Shown: positions 22,747 to 24,000 of the stretch, piece after piece
How positions within the stretch are numbered: the stretch's first letter is position 1
Layout: each line of letters opens with the position of its first letter
Assembly: GCF_001708505.1 (NCBI RefSeq)
Contig: NZ_CP015992.1
Span: forward strand, 2,553,898-2,577,897
Direction: 5' to 3'
From: Pseudomonas sp. TCU-HL1
GTDB lineage: Bacteria > Pseudomonadota > Gammaproteobacteria > Pseudomonadales > Pseudomonadaceae
DNA length: 24,000 nt
Translations under genes and position numbers: made by a program
Notes under the pieces: generated by a model
Databases searched by the model: none
Seen by the model: only the letters and a program-made list of their open reading frames with translations
Told to the model about the DNA's origin: nothing

Positions 22747-23692
22747 AGCGATAGAAGAGGTTGGGTTCGCTTACGACATAGAGCGTGCCCTGGTCATCAA
22801 GGGTCAGGCCTTCGGCCTGGCCCGCGCTTTCCTTCAGGTCGCCGAGGTGCCCGAGCAGGGTGCGGAAGCTGACCATCTCGCCGTTCTCGCCCAGTTCGAT
22901 CACCAGCTTCGACTCATGACTGAGCACCAGCAAATGGCCGGTCCTGGCGTCGTAGTGCAGGTCGGAAATGTCCTTGGCAAATACGCTGCGCTCGATCCAG
23001 TCGGAGAGGTCCTGCACCTTGATCTGCAGCTTCCCGGCCAGGCTCGCCTTGATTCCGGTAATTGCGAATAGCTGGCGCGGGTTGCGTTCCTTGGCGACGA
23101 ACAGGCGGTCGTGGGCGGCGTCGTAGGCCACGCCTTCGAAGCCCTTGTTGTGGGCACTGGAGGTGAGCGCGAGGGCGACGGTCTGGGCGTCGTGCTTGTC
23201 GATGGCCTGGCCCGGTCGTTCAGGAAGGCGGAAGAACACCAGTTGCTGCTGAACCTCGTCCGCAACCGCGACCAGGCCGTCGCCCATGTAGGCCAGACCT
23301 TCTACGTCCTCGAAGCCGACCAGCGGGTACTGCGCGGTGATGCGGCCGTCGCGGTCCATTTCCACCAGCTTGATCGGGACGGCGTTGGTCACCGCCAGCA
23401 GCCGCTTGCGGTCCGGCGCGAAGTCGATAGCCGACAGGTCGTCATCGATGCCCGCCACGGGGCGTGCTTCGATTTCCACCTGGTAGTCCGGCAGCCAGAC
23501 GCTGCGGCCTGCCCAGGCATCAGCGTTCAGGTGGCTGGTCAGGTAGAACCAGGCGCGTTCATGCCAGTAGAACTTTCCGCAGGCCAGCCCGGCCAGTAGC
23601 AGGGCGGCCAGCACCAGGCCCCAGAGGCTGAACGTTCTCAGTCGGTGCGCTGGCTTGATCTTCAATTTGTTGTGGTCAACGGCACTGTTCAT
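22733..23692 (-). CDS. SdiA-regulated/YjiK-like beta-propeller protein with N-terminal membrane anchor
   Basis: 319 aa. TM anchor LWGLVLAALLLAGLACG. Repeated propeller-like segments (LSAIDFAPDRKRLLAVTN, VEGLAYMGDGLVAVADE, FEGVAYDAAHDRLFVAKE, ISDLHYDARTGHLLVLSHES, AEGLTLDDQGTLYVVSEPN). Family name is from memory. The 3' end overlaps the PAP2 gene by 14 nt (convergent). Confidence 0.65.
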   Translation of the reverse strand: MNSAVDHNKLKIKPAHRLRTFSLWGLVLAALLLAGLACGKFYWHERAWFYLTSHLNADAWAGRSVWLPDYQVEIEARPVAGIDDDLSAIDFAPDRKRLLAVTNAVPIKLVEMDRDGRITAQYPLVGFEDVEGLAYMGDGLVAVADEVQQQLVFFRLPERPGQAIDKHDAQTVALALTSSAHNKGFEGVAYDAAHDRLFVAKERNPRQLFAITGIKASLAGKLQIKVQDLSDWIERSVFAKDISDLHYDARTGHLLVLSHESKLVIELGENGEMVSFRTLLGHLGDLKESAGQAEGLTLDDQGTLYVVSEPNLFYRFRKN

Positions 23693-23767
23693 CAGGGGTC
23701 CTGTTTCGCGGGCGAACGCCTCACGTGAACCCCGCTTCTGGCGAGGTTCGTGGAGGCCATCCGGGCA

Positions 23768-24000
23768 TCAGTCGAGCGGTTGGGTCCAGGTGAATCGGTA
23801 GGGCTGGGCCAGTGCTGGGTCGTGGCACTGGCCGTTATCGGCGTCGGCCTGAACCAGGTACCAGTCTTCGTCGTCGCCATCGCCAATGCGTCGGGCCTTC
23901 TCGGGCTTGAAGCAGCGCGGCAACTCATCGGGACGGATCAGCGCGTAGCTGGAGGGGTTGTCACGCAGCCATTGCGCGGCTTTCTCCACCTGGCTGGGCG
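23768..24000 (-). CDS. Hypothetical protein, C-terminal part (ORF open to the window end)
   Basis: The reading frame ...PSQVEKAAQWLRDNPSSYALIRPDELPRCFKPEKARRIGDGDDEDWYLVQADADNGQCHDPALAQPYRFTWTQPLD* stays open upstream of the GTG that the track used as a start. Codon bias looks coding. No family recognised. Confidence 0.45.
   Translation of the reverse strand, partial: PSQVEKAAQWLRDNPSSYALIRPDELPRCFKPEKARRIGDGDDEDWYLVQADADNGQCHDPALAQPYRFTWTQPLD

Overview
Visibly GC-rich chromosomal segment of Pseudomonas type, with strong third-position GC bias and many REP elements; GC content was not computed. From memory, the left end is collinear with P. aeruginosa PAO1 PA1756-PA1760: cysH (partial), thrH, pabB, then two large translationally coupled MalT/LAL-type LuxR regulators. 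The most interesting feature lies directly downstream: a tightly packed five-gene operon (8475-13586) whose products are all exported. It encodes a small Cys-free beta-rich protein, a stand-alone exported C39 cysteine peptidase, a MetA-like outer-membrane barrel, an oversized FadL/TodX-family barrel and a MalM-like protein with three DUF4124-like repeats. The window contains no ATPase, ABC or inner-membrane component for it. Behind its Sec signal peptide the small protein carries a sequence that matches a double-glycine leader at positions -15, -12, -7, -4 and -2. This suggests two-step maturation by signal peptidase and then the periplasmic C39 enzyme, and an outer-membrane-only secretion or fibre-assembly pathway comparable in logic to curli/Fap but built from different parts. 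The right half holds a SAM methyltransferase bracketed by inverted REP pairs, a Tat multicopper oxidase with an SCO-type chaperone, and a small LplA/BPL-family protein. It also holds a PrrF sRNA with a Fur box, which the ORF track cannot show, and a DUF3422-like membrane protein. Next is a decayed patch made of an MCP 3' remnant, a REP element and a PAAR gene with an in-frame TAA. This patch sits where the sensor-kinase partner of a ColR-like response regulator would be expected. The window ends with a divergent PAP2 phosphatase preceded by a ColR-box-like site, an SdiA-regulated/YjiK-like protein and a partial ORF. Many long ORFs in the track are antisense or off-frame shadows typical of high-GC DNA and were rejected.
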